Assembly (NCBI GenBank): GCA_963169635.1
Contig: CAUJDL010000064.1
Coordinates: 1,881-65,880, forward strand
Direction: 5' to 3'
Length of the DNA stretch: 64,000 bases
Source of the DNA: Bacteroidota bacterium
GTDB taxonomy: Bacteria > Bacteroidota > Bacteroidia > Chitinophagales > Chitinophagaceae
Shown piece by piece: positions 19,492-28,300 of the stretch. The notes beneath the pieces were generated by a model. It saw nothing but the letters and a program-made list of their open reading frames with translations. It ran no database searches and was not told the DNA's origin. A program made the translations under genes and the position numbers. Positions within the stretch are counted from its first letter, which is position 1, and each line of letters starts with the position of its first letter.

Positions 19492-21315
19492 ATGAAGATA
19501 TTTCTTAGATTACTTAGTTTTTCAAAACCATATCATCATTATATACCTGAGTATATTGTATATATTTTTCTTTATATTGTTTTTGGATTAATGAATTTTA
19601 GTTTATTAGCTCCTTTATTAGATGTATTGTTTAATAATAATTTACCTGTTACAGAAACGGCTCCTGCATTTTCTATGAGTGCCGATTTTTTTAAAGAATA
19701 TTTTTATTTTATTTTAAATAAGTATATACAAAGTAGTGGCAAGTTTGGTGTACTTATTTATGTATGTGCTATCATTTTTATTTCTATTTTATTAAAAAAT
19801 TTATTTGGCTTTTTAAGTCAAAAAGTTTTAACAAGAATGAGGGTAAATCTTTTAAGAAAGTTAAGAGAACAATTATTTTATCAATATAGCCATCAATCTC
19901 TTTCATTTTTTCATCAAGAAAAAAAAGGCGATTTATTATCTACCCTAAGTAGCGATGTTGTAGAAATAGAAGGCTCTGTAGTAAACTCTATACAAACAAT
20001 TTTTAGAGACCCACTTGTAATACTTTCTACCTTTGCTATGTTATTTTATATATCTCCACAACTTACTTTATTTACTTTATTATTCTTTCCTATTTCTGGT
20101 TTTATCATTTCTAATATTACTACTAAACTGAGAAAAAAAGCAAACGAAAGCCAAACACTTATTGGTGTATTATTAAATATGGCAGAAGAAGCTATTGCAG
20201 GTATTAGAATTATTAAAGGCTTTGGTGCAGAAAATGTAGTAAGTAAAAAATTTAATCAGTCTAACCAGGCTTTAACCAAAACTTTAAAATCTATTACTAA
20301 TCAAAAAGAGTTAGCCTCTCCTATCTCTGAGGTTTTAGGTGTAACAGTAGTTTTAGTAATTATTGTTTATGGAGGGCATTTAATACTTAATGGTAACAGT
20401 GGTATTACTGCTGCTGCATTTATTGCATACATTGCATTTTATTTTCAAATTATTGCACCAGCAAAAAATATTGTTACAGCAGTTGCCTCTTTACAACGTG
20501 GTTTAGCTGCAGGCGAAAGAGTATTAAGAATTATAGATAGCAAACAACCAGTGTTAGAAAAAGAAAATGCTTTTGAAAAAAAATCTTTTGATAATGATAT
20601 TGTATTTAACAATGTAAGTTTTGCTTATAACAATGATACTGTTATCAACAAAATTTCATTAACAATTGCAAAAGGAAAAACTATTGCATTAGTTGGTGAG
20701 AGTGGTGCAGGAAAATCTACTTTATCCGATTTAATTCCTAGATTTTATGATGTAACTGATGGTGCTATTTTAATTGATGATATTAATATTAAAGATTTAA
20801 CATTAAAAAGTCTTAGATCGCAAATTGCTATTGTATCGCAAGAAGCAATTTTATTTAACGATACTGTTTTAAACAATATAGCTTTTGGTGCAGAGGTAAT
20901 TGATAAAGAAGCTGCAATACAAGCAGCTAAAATTGCTAATGCACATGATTTTATTGCAGAACTTGAAAATGGATATGATACCACAATTGGCGATAGAGGC
21001 ATGCGTTTAAGTGGTGGACAAAGACAAAGATTAACCATTGCAAGAGCAGTATATAAAAATGCACCTATCTTAATTTTAGATGAAGCTACCAGTGCTTTAG
21101 ATACAGAAAGTGAACGCTTAGTACAAGATGCTATTGATAAAATGATGAAGAATAGAACTTCATTAATTATTGCACATAGATTAAGTACTATTCGTCATGC
21201 AGATGAAATTATTGTTATGCAAAAAGGTGAAATTGCAGAAAAAGGTACACATGAAGAATTAATTACTAATAATGGTATTTATAGTAAGTTAGTACGTATG
21301 CAAGAACTTAAATAA
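19492..21315 (+). CDS. ABC exporter, fused permease/ATPase (MsbA-like lipid A/LOS flippase candidate)
   Basis: Six-TM N-domain, Walker A GESGAGKST, signature LSGGQRQR, Walker B ILILDEATSALD. Start taken at the ATG at 19492 (MKIFLRLL). Confidence 0.8.
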   Translation: MKIFLRLLSFSKPYHHYIPEYIVYIFLYIVFGLMNFSLLAPLLDVLFNNNLPVTETAPAFSMSADFFKEYFYFILNKYIQSSGKFGVLIYVCAIIFISILLKNLFGFLSQKVLTRMRVNLLRKLREQLFYQYSHQSLSFFHQEKKGDLLSTLSSDVVEIEGSVVNSIQTIFRDPLVILSTFAMLFYISPQLTLFTLLFFPISGFIISNITTKLRKKANESQTLIGVLLNMAEEAIAGIRIIKGFGAENVVSKKFNQSNQALTKTLKSITNQKELASPISEVLGVTVVLVIIVYGGHLILNGNSGITAAAFIAYIAFYFQIIAPAKNIVTAVASLQRGLAAGERVLRIIDSKQPVLEKENAFEKKSFDNDIVFNNVSFAYNNDTVINKISLTIAKGKTIALVGESGAGKSTLSDLIPRFYDVTDGAILIDDINIKDLTLKSLRSQIAIVSQEAILFNDTVLNNIAFGAEVIDKEAAIQAAKIANAHDFIAELENGYDTTIGDRGMRLSGGQRQRLTIARAVYKNAPILILDEATSALDTESERLVQDAIDKMMKNRTSLIIAHRLSTIRHADEIIVMQKGEIAEKGTHEELITNNGIYSKLVRMQELK

Positions 21316-21343
21316 AAAAGGCCTGCTCTAAAAAGAGCTGGCC
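21314..21343 (-). terminator. Hairpin between convergent genes; the T-run is on the minus strand only
   Basis: aaaaaaGGCCtGCTCTaaaaAGAGCtGGCC, with one mismatch in the stem. Confidence 0.4.
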
Positions 21344-21377
21344 GTTGCTAACCTATGAAAAACACCTATATTATAAT

Positions 21378-21791
21378 CTATTCATTACCTTCTTTTTGAT
21401 ACCTCTTTTGTTGTTTTTGCTGCATCCTTTTCTTTAATTCTTTTTGCATTTCTGTTAAAAAATCAGCTTCTGCCTTATACACTAAATTTACTCTGGTATC
21501 ATCTTTCAATATTTTTTTAAACTCTGGCTTATATTTTTTCTTAATATTTAACAACTCTTCTTGAAATAGCAAGTAATCTGCTTTATTAGCTTTTTTAGCC
21601 TGTTTTACTTCATCAAAATATTTATTGTAAACAGGCCAAAAGCTTTGTGCCTCTTCAGGTGTAAGCTTTACTACTTGTGTTATATAAGCAATTTTAAGAG
21701 CTTGAATTTTTTCTCCTCGTTTAGCAGGTTGTGCTGCTAAAACATTTATTGAACACACAAATATCAATAAAAATAAAATACGCTTTATCAT
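21378..21791 (-). CDS. Secreted helical K/E-rich protein, Spy/CpxP-like periplasmic sensor candidate
   Basis: Signal peptide MIKRILFLLIFVCSINVLAA, a charged helical body, and position as last gene of the sigma/anti-sigma operon. The call is by context. Confidence 0.35.
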   Translation of the reverse strand: MIKRILFLLIFVCSINVLAAQPAKRGEKIQALKIAYITQVVKLTPEEAQSFWPVYNKYFDEVKQAKKANKADYLLFQEELLNIKKKYKPEFKKILKDDTRVNLVYKAEADFLTEMQKELKKRMQQKQQKRYQKEGNE

Positions 21792-21823
21792 TTTATAAAA
21801 ATTTAAATTTTAAAAAATACTTT

Positions 21824-22501
21824 CTAATCTATTTTTGAAACCTCATCTAAATAAAAGACAATATCATCTGTAGCAGTGCCTTGAAATAAATCTGCAATTT
21901 CTTCATTTTCATTTACAGCAGCATAAGTAGCAGATTTATTATCATTTAAAAAATCATTTAACTCATCATCAGAAACATTGGCAATAGCAGATTTTATATT
22001 TACATTATTGGTAGGTTGTAAAAAATTTATTACACCAACTACTGTAAACCCTGTAAGTATGGCTGCAGCAGCATAAACAACCCATTTTCTTATATTAATT
22101 ATTTTAGTGGAAGGTTTGTTTTTAATTTTTGAAACAACATTGTTACTATCGTTAAAATAATTTGCTGGAATAGTATAAACCTGCTTTTTACTAATGATAT
22201 TTAAGGTTGGTGCTATTTGGCTTAACTCTTCTGTAATATTTTTTGTATTGTTATGATTATTTTTTGCAAGTGCTAAAACTTTATCTGCAAAACTGTTAAA
22301 ATAATTTTCTGGAATTTGATAAGGATTATTCTTATTACTTGGTAATTGTGATGTAAAATTTTTATGAATACTTAGCAATATCTGTTGATGAAAATTAGTG
22401 AAATAATTTTCTGGCACCTGATATACATTTTGATGCTGTAAATTGTTTAATGTTGGTGCAATATTGTTTAACTCTTCTTGTATGGTATTATACTGTTTCA
22501 T
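21824..22501 (-). CDS. Putative anti-sigma factor (single-pass membrane protein with an internal repeat)
   Basis: Immediately downstream of the ECF sigma gene. Has a TM helix (WVVYAAAAILTGFTVVGVINF) and a repeated IAPTLN...VY.(V/I)P.NYF module. Confidence 0.4.
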   Translation of the reverse strand: MKQYNTIQEELNNIAPTLNNLQHQNVYQVPENYFTNFHQQILLSIHKNFTSQLPSNKNNPYQIPENYFNSFADKVLALAKNNHNNTKNITEELSQIAPTLNIISKKQVYTIPANYFNDSNNVVSKIKNKPSTKIINIRKWVVYAAAAILTGFTVVGVINFLQPTNNVNIKSAIANVSDDELNDFLNDNKSATYAAVNENEEIADLFQGTATDDIVFYLDEVSKID

Positions 22502-22537
22502 TTTCTATATTCTTTGACCATTACTTTCTTTATAAGT

Positions 22538-23083
22538 TTAATTATTTAATATATAATCTTCTATTTTTTTTGCTGCATGATGATAACTTGCTTTTAAAGC
22601 TCCTTCACTGGTATCTAAAATATGGCTCATTTCTTCGTAAGGCATTTCATCGTAATAACGCAGCGTAAAAACTGTTCTTTGTTTTTCTGGTAATTGCTGA
22701 ATGGCTAATTGTAATTTCCATTCTAATTGATTAGCATTAAAATTTGCCTCTGCTTTAATTTTATTGCTTAATACTTCTTCTACTTCTGTAAAATCAGTAG
22801 CTGATTTTCTTTTTTGCTTGTCTAAAAATGTTAGGCATTCATTAGTAGCAATTTTATATAACCAAGTATAAAGTTTACTATCTTCTCTAAAATTTTCTAA
22901 TCCATTCCAAACTTTAATAAAAAAATTTTGTAATACATCATTAGCATCATCATGTGTTATTACTAATCTTCTGATATGCCAATATAATTTTTCTTGATAT
23001 TTTTTTACAATAGATGTAAATGCTTTTTCTTTTAAATCAGGTGTTTTAAACTGATGTATCAAGGTTATATCATCTAATTGCAT
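22538..23083 (-). CDS. RNA polymerase ECF-type sigma-70 family factor
   Basis: 181 aa. Region 2 (DANDVLQNFFIKVW, YTWLYKIATNECLTFL) and region 4 (MPYEEMSHILDTSEGALKASYHHAAKK). Confidence 0.85.
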   Translation of the reverse strand: MQLDDITLIHQFKTPDLKEKAFTSIVKKYQEKLYWHIRRLVITHDDANDVLQNFFIKVWNGLENFREDSKLYTWLYKIATNECLTFLDKQKRKSATDFTEVEEVLSNKIKAEANFNANQLEWKLQLAIQQLPEKQRTVFTLRYYDEMPYEEMSHILDTSEGALKASYHHAAKKIEDYILNN

Positions 23084-23257
23084 ACTTAATCTTTTATCAA
23101 TATTTTGTTAGATGTAATTTAAGTACAAAGGTTTATTAAACTCAAAAAAATATTTCTTAAAAGCACTTCCTAATAATTTGACAATTCTGTGGCAGTTATT
23201 AAAATTATCTGAACAAATCTTTGCAAACGCTATTTTAAACTGCTTTTATACATTTTT

Positions 23258-25333
23258 ATGCAAATAAAATTCATCAAAAAATCCATTACTATTTTGGCTT
23301 TATTAATCATTGTTTTTACCAATAAAGTATTAGCACAAAAAGATACTTTACAAGGTTTAGGCGATGAAGTAATAGTTACAGGACAATATACACCACAACC
23401 TTTAAAACAATCTGTTTATAAAGTTAAAACAATTAGTGCTACACAAATAAAAATGAAAGCAGCTACCAATATTTTAACATTACTAAATAACGAAATTGGT
23501 TTTCACTTTTCGCCAGATAATACACTTGGCGAAACTGATACAAAAATTATGGGTGTTGGTGGTAGCAGAGTAAAAGTTTTAATAGATGGTGTGCCTTTGG
23601 CTGATAGAGATGCTTTAAAACAAAGTCTTACCCAAATTGATATTAATTCTATTGAAAAAATTGAAATTGTTGAAGGTCCCATGAGTGTTATTTATGGTAC
23701 AGATGCTTTAGCTGGTGTAATAAATATTGTAACTAAAAAATCTTTTAAAGGGCAACATAATTTTTCTGTTATTGCAAAAATTCAAGAAGAATCTGCAGGT
23801 AATTCATACGCTCCTTTTGTAGATGATGGTATTCATCATGAAAGTGTTACTGTAAATTGGAACAACAAAAATTGGAGAGCATCAGGCTATATTACTAGAA
23901 ATAATTTTGGTGGCTTTGCAGATACTGCATTATTTCCTGCAAAAATATTTAGACCTAAAGAGCAACTTTTAGGTGGTGGAACGTTGGGTTATAAAAATGC
24001 TCATGTAAATATTTGGTATAGAGTAGATTATTTGAATGAAGAAATATTATCTGCCAGCCCAATGAACATTAATACAGGCTTAAGTTTCAGACAATATTAT
24101 ATTACTAATAGAACTACACATTTAGCACAAGCAAGTTGGCATATTAATAAAAAACTAAAGCTAAACTCTTCTGTATCTTTTCAAAATTATCAACGTAATA
24201 CGGAGTCTTATACTAAAAACTATCAAAATGGTACATCAATAAAAAATGATAATCCACAAGATATTTTAAATGGCTATTGGGATAAAACAAATTTTAAATC
24301 ATGGTTTATAAGAAATACCATTGCTTTTACTGCATCGCCTAAATTTTCTTTACAACCTGGGTTTGAAATTAAACATGATTACACTACAGGTCAAAGAATA
24401 GAAGGCAAACCATATATAACAGACTATTCTTTATTTGTATCATCAGAGTTTAGTCCTAATACAATGTTTAAAATTAGACCAGGTGTTAGGTTTAGTAAAA
24501 ACTCTGTATATGATGCACCTCCTATTATTCCATCAATTAATACAAAAATTCAATTTACAAAAAACATAGATGCTCGTGTTTCTTATGGCAGAGGTTTTAG
24601 AGCTCCAATACTTAGAGAGTTATATTTTAAGTTTGAAGATGTAAACCATAAAATATTTGGCAATGCATCTTTAAAAGCAGAAACATCTAATAGTTTTAAT
24701 GCAGCATTAACTTATACTAATACATTTTCAAAAAATAAAACTATCCAAACTACCTTATCTGGATTTATAAATAACTATAATAATTTTATTGAGCTATTTC
24801 AAAAAGGTAGTACAGATACCTTCTCTTACTTTAATATAAATAAATACAAAACAGCAGGTATAACATTAGAAAATAGTTTTGCTATTCAATCATCATTAAC
24901 AGCAAGTGTAGGTTTTTCATACATAGGTTATTTTAATGAGTATGAAAATAAAAATATAACTCCACAAAATAATTTAAGCGATACTTGGTCGCCAGAAATC
25001 AGCTCTAGCATTGTTTATAAATTTAATAAGTTAAAAGCCAATATAGCTTTGTATTATAAGTTTACAGGAGAAATTCCTACTTATATTTTAGATGAAGTAG
25101 GTAATGTTTATTTATCTAAACGTGAAGCATTTCATTGGGCAGATTTTTCAGTAACTAAAGATTTATTCAAATATTTTACTTTACAAGGTGGTGTAAAAAA
25201 TTTATTTAATGTAACTAAATTAAATAATAGTCAAACCAATACAAGTGGTGTTCATAGCAGTGGCTCAAGTGTAAATTATGCTTATGGACGTTCTTATTTT
25301 CTTTCTTTAATTATTCAATGGTCTAAAAAATAA
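23258..25333 (+). CDS. TonB-dependent receptor (small, about 690 aa)
   Basis: Signal peptide, a plug domain (IEKIEIVEGPMSVIYGTDALAGVINIVTK) and a long beta-barrel region. Confidence 0.8.
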   Translation: MQIKFIKKSITILALLIIVFTNKVLAQKDTLQGLGDEVIVTGQYTPQPLKQSVYKVKTISATQIKMKAATNILTLLNNEIGFHFSPDNTLGETDTKIMGVGGSRVKVLIDGVPLADRDALKQSLTQIDINSIEKIEIVEGPMSVIYGTDALAGVINIVTKKSFKGQHNFSVIAKIQEESAGNSYAPFVDDGIHHESVTVNWNNKNWRASGYITRNNFGGFADTALFPAKIFRPKEQLLGGGTLGYKNAHVNIWYRVDYLNEEILSASPMNINTGLSFRQYYITNRTTHLAQASWHINKKLKLNSSVSFQNYQRNTESYTKNYQNGTSIKNDNPQDILNGYWDKTNFKSWFIRNTIAFTASPKFSLQPGFEIKHDYTTGQRIEGKPYITDYSLFVSSEFSPNTMFKIRPGVRFSKNSVYDAPPIIPSINTKIQFTKNIDARVSYGRGFRAPILRELYFKFEDVNHKIFGNASLKAETSNSFNAALTYTNTFSKNKTIQTTLSGFINNYNNFIELFQKGSTDTFSYFNINKYKTAGITLENSFAIQSSLTASVGFSYIGYFNEYENKNITPQNNLSDTWSPEISSSIVYKFNKLKANIALYYKFTGEIPTYILDEVGNVYLSKREAFHWADFSVTKDLFKYFTLQGGVKNLFNVTKLNNSQTNTSGVHSSGSSVNYAYGRSYFLSLIIQWSKK

Positions 25334-25361
25334 AATTCAAATAAAACACAACTAACACAGT

Positions 25362-26423
25362 ATGAAAAAAACAATCTCAAAATTTGTATTTGCATTAAGC
25401 ATAACAACTATTTTTTTTGCATGTAAAAAAACTGAAAATACACCAGAAATTATTCCTTCAAGTGGTACAACAATAACATTTGATGGAGGTACAGGAGGTG
25501 CAAGTGCTTCTAAATCTGCTTTTGTAGATTTAAGTACAGATAAGGCTTCTTCAGTACTTCGTTCTTCATGGGATTTAGGTTTTTATAGTGGCTCAGATTT
25601 TAGAGTTATAATAAATAATACTACAAGTGCAGCAGCAAAAGTTACTACTGCAACAGATTTAGCTGCAATTGGCGAAGCAGATACAACTAGTCTTACATTA
25701 GCTATTAATCAAGCTTCTCCTTCTGCAGATTTTTATAATTATATAGATGCTTTAGATGGCAACTTAACCAATACAGTAATTCCTGCAATTGCAAGTAATG
25801 ATGCAGATAATAAAGTAATTATCATTAATCGTGGTAAAGGAGGAGGTGTTGATGCTCGTCCTTGGATTAAAGCAAAAATTACACGTAACTCAAGTGGTGG
25901 TTATACTTTACAATATGGTACAATTACACAAACTACAGGATTTACAAGTGTAAATATTGCTAAAGATGCTGCTTATAACTTTACACATGTATCGTTTGAT
26001 GGTGGTTTAATTGTAAGTGTAGAGCCTAAGAAAACTGAATGGGATTTTACATGGTCTTATGCAGTATCTGAAGCAAATTTTGGTGTTGGCTTTGTACCAT
26101 ATAATTTTTCTGACTTAGTTTCTATTAATTATTTAGGCGGTGTTACAGTTTGTGAAAAAGTTTATGTAGATGCAGCAACAAGAAACACAGCATATACCAA
26201 CTTTAATAAAGATAGTGTTACAGCATCTACTTTTACAAATAACAGATGGGCTATAGGTAGTAAATGGCGTAGCACACAACCAGCAACTGGTGTAAAAACA
26301 GATAGATTTTTTGTAGTAAAAGATAATAACAACAACTACTATGCTGTTAAGTTTTTATCTATGGGTGTAAATGATGGTGGTGTAAGAGGTAATCCTCAGT
26401 TTGAATATAAACTAATAAAATAA
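25362..26423 (+). CDS. Surface lipoprotein, HmuY-like candidate
   Basis: Lipobox (ITTIFFACKK). The SSWDLGFYSG and YYAVKFLSM segments resemble HmuY-family conserved strands. Sits directly downstream of the TonB-dependent receptor. Confidence 0.45.
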   Translation: MKKTISKFVFALSITTIFFACKKTENTPEIIPSSGTTITFDGGTGGASASKSAFVDLSTDKASSVLRSSWDLGFYSGSDFRVIINNTTSAAAKVTTATDLAAIGEADTTSLTLAINQASPSADFYNYIDALDGNLTNTVIPAIASNDADNKVIIINRGKGGGVDARPWIKAKITRNSSGGYTLQYGTITQTTGFTSVNIAKDAAYNFTHVSFDGGLIVSVEPKKTEWDFTWSYAVSEANFGVGFVPYNFSDLVSINYLGGVTVCEKVYVDAATRNTAYTNFNKDSVTASTFTNNRWAIGSKWRSTQPATGVKTDRFFVVKDNNNNYYAVKFLSMGVNDGGVRGNPQFEYKLIK

Positions 26424-26424
26424 A

Positions 26425-27279
26425 TTAATTTAAAGATGCATCTATATCATCATTGATATTAGTATCTTCAAAAGAAGAAGGCATGTTGTTAAGTTCATTA
26501 ATATCTATGCCTTCTTCTTTTAACTCTTCTTCTCTTCTCTCATTCCATTCTATAATTAAATTATTTCTTCCTTCGCCTATTAATAATTTCATGTAGCGTT
26601 GTTGTGTAAGTTCTAACATTGATAGGAAAAGAAATATTGCATGTATTCTGTTTTCGCAAACATCAAATACTTTTTCAAAAGTTACTGTTTTTTCTTGTTG
26701 AATAAAGTGTAGCATATAATCTCTGCTACCTTCCATTGTATAGTTATATTGTATTACAGTATGTACAGGCTTATTTTGTTTGTCATGTATTCTTTGCATT
26801 ACTTTTTCAAAAGCTTTCATTAGCTTAAATAAAGTAATGGTTTGTATTTCTGTGCCTTCGCCTGCCTGCTCTCCTATTACATTTAATTCTTCTTGCAAAT
26901 TGCCTCTTTTTACCATCAACATTCTTATAGCTTCCATATCTGCAAGTTTTGCAGAAGCTTCTTTAAATTTCTTATATTCTAAAACTTTATCTACTAATTC
27001 TTGTCGTGGGTCTATTTCATTGCCATCTGCATCTAACTCTTTTCTTGGTAAAAGCATTTTAGCTTTAATACGCATAAGAGTAGATACAAATAATATAAAC
27101 TCGCTACTTAACTCAATATTTAATTTTTCTTGTTGGTGTATAAATGCTAAAAAATCTTTAGTAATTTTTGAGATGGGAATATTATAAATATCTAATTCAT
27201 CTCTTTCAATAAAAAATAATAAAAGATCAAATGGACCTTCAAACTGCTCTAACCTTATTTGATATGATTCTTTACTCAC
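26425..27279 (-). CDS. scpA: Segregation and condensation protein A
   Basis: N-terminal LEQFEGPFDLLLFFIERDELDIYNIPISKIT is typical of ScpA. Apparent GTG start and an acidic C-terminal extension. Confidence 0.85.
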   Translation of the reverse strand: MSKESYQIRLEQFEGPFDLLLFFIERDELDIYNIPISKITKDFLAFIHQQEKLNIELSSEFILFVSTLMRIKAKMLLPRKELDADGNEIDPRQELVDKVLEYKKFKEASAKLADMEAIRMLMVKRGNLQEELNVIGEQAGEGTEIQTITLFKLMKAFEKVMQRIHDKQNKPVHTVIQYNYTMEGSRDYMLHFIQQEKTVTFEKVFDVCENRIHAIFLFLSMLELTQQRYMKLLIGEGRNNLIIEWNERREEELKEEGIDINELNNMPSSFEDTNINDDIDASLN

Positions 27280-27367
27280 TGTTATAATTATTTAATACAA
27301 AGAAAATACTCTATACTGTATGTTGTATTATTTAGCTTATTTACTTATCCACCAACAAGCAAATTCG

Positions 27368-28279
27368 TTATTTTAAAGGTAAAAAAACCTCAGCTAACAT
27401 ACATCTGGCACTTCCACCTCCATTGGTTTCTATTGTTGTTAAGCTTGAATGTAAAATAGGATTAAAATTTTCTAATAATTGTACTTGCTCTTGTGTAAGT
27501 GAATGGTATGCTTGAGAAGACATCACTAAAAAATGCATGCCTTCTTGATTATTAACTTGCAACATATTTCCTGCAAACTGATTCATTTGCTGATGTGTAA
27601 TGGCAACTATTTGTTTGTTTGTATTTTCTAAAGTTTTTATTACCTTATTTCTTTCTTGTTCATCTGCTATAGCATCTAAACAAATTACTGCATATTTATC
27701 TGCAATACACATCATTACATTGGTATGATAAATTGGTGCATTATTAGCATCAACAGCATAAAAAAATACAGGTGTAAAATTCATTTGATTACAAAAATCT
27801 TTTAAAACATCTGCATCTGTTCTTTGCGATAAACAAGCATAAGCTATTTTATTTTCTCTGTCTAAAACCATACTGCCTGTACCTTCTAAAAACAAATTGT
27901 TGTTTTCATAATTAGTAAGGTCAATAGTTTTAGTGATAGAAAATTTTTCTTTTATTTTTTCAATAACATGAGGTTTTCTTTCTTGTCTTCTATTAGCTGC
28001 ATACATAGGATACAATAAAATAGTTCCATCTTGATGAAAAGAAATCCAATTATTAGGAAAAATAGAGTCTGGTGTATGTGGTTGTAATGTATCATTAATT
28101 ACAGTAACATCTATACCATTATTTGTAAGTACTTGTACAAAATCATTAAACTCTTTTAATGCTTTTTGTGGTGTATCATTATCTGCAGCTGCTACTTGAA
28201 AAGCATTATTTACAGCAGTTTGTTCATTAAAAGTAAAATGAACAGGACGAATCATTAATAAATGCGATGTGGTTTGCAT
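27368..28279 (-). CDS. Arginine-deiminase-related / CtlX-like hydrolase (guanidino-group-modifying enzyme superfamily)
   Basis: 303 aa. N-terminal LMIRPVHFTFNEQTAVNNAF and a C-terminal nucleophile context GGGSARCMLAEVF. Confidence 0.7.
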   Translation of the reverse strand: MQTTSHLLMIRPVHFTFNEQTAVNNAFQVAAADNDTPQKALKEFNDFVQVLTNNGIDVTVINDTLQPHTPDSIFPNNWISFHQDGTILLYPMYAANRRQERKPHVIEKIKEKFSITKTIDLTNYENNNLFLEGTGSMVLDRENKIAYACLSQRTDADVLKDFCNQMNFTPVFFYAVDANNAPIYHTNVMMCIADKYAVICLDAIADEQERNKVIKTLENTNKQIVAITHQQMNQFAGNMLQVNNQEGMHFLVMSSQAYHSLTQEQVQLLENFNPILHSSLTTIETNGGGSARCMLAEVFLPLK

Positions 28280-28300
28280 ACTTTTTTTATTAAATAAAAT

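Noticed and set aside
23084-23257. A possible cobalamin or other riboswitch upstream of the TonB-dependent receptor, and a TPP riboswitch upstream of the transketolase N-half (13447-13740).
   Set aside because: I could not find the conserved core sequences (for example a B12 box or the TPP CUGAGA-type core) or convincing multi-stem structures. The regions look like plain AT-rich divergent promoters.
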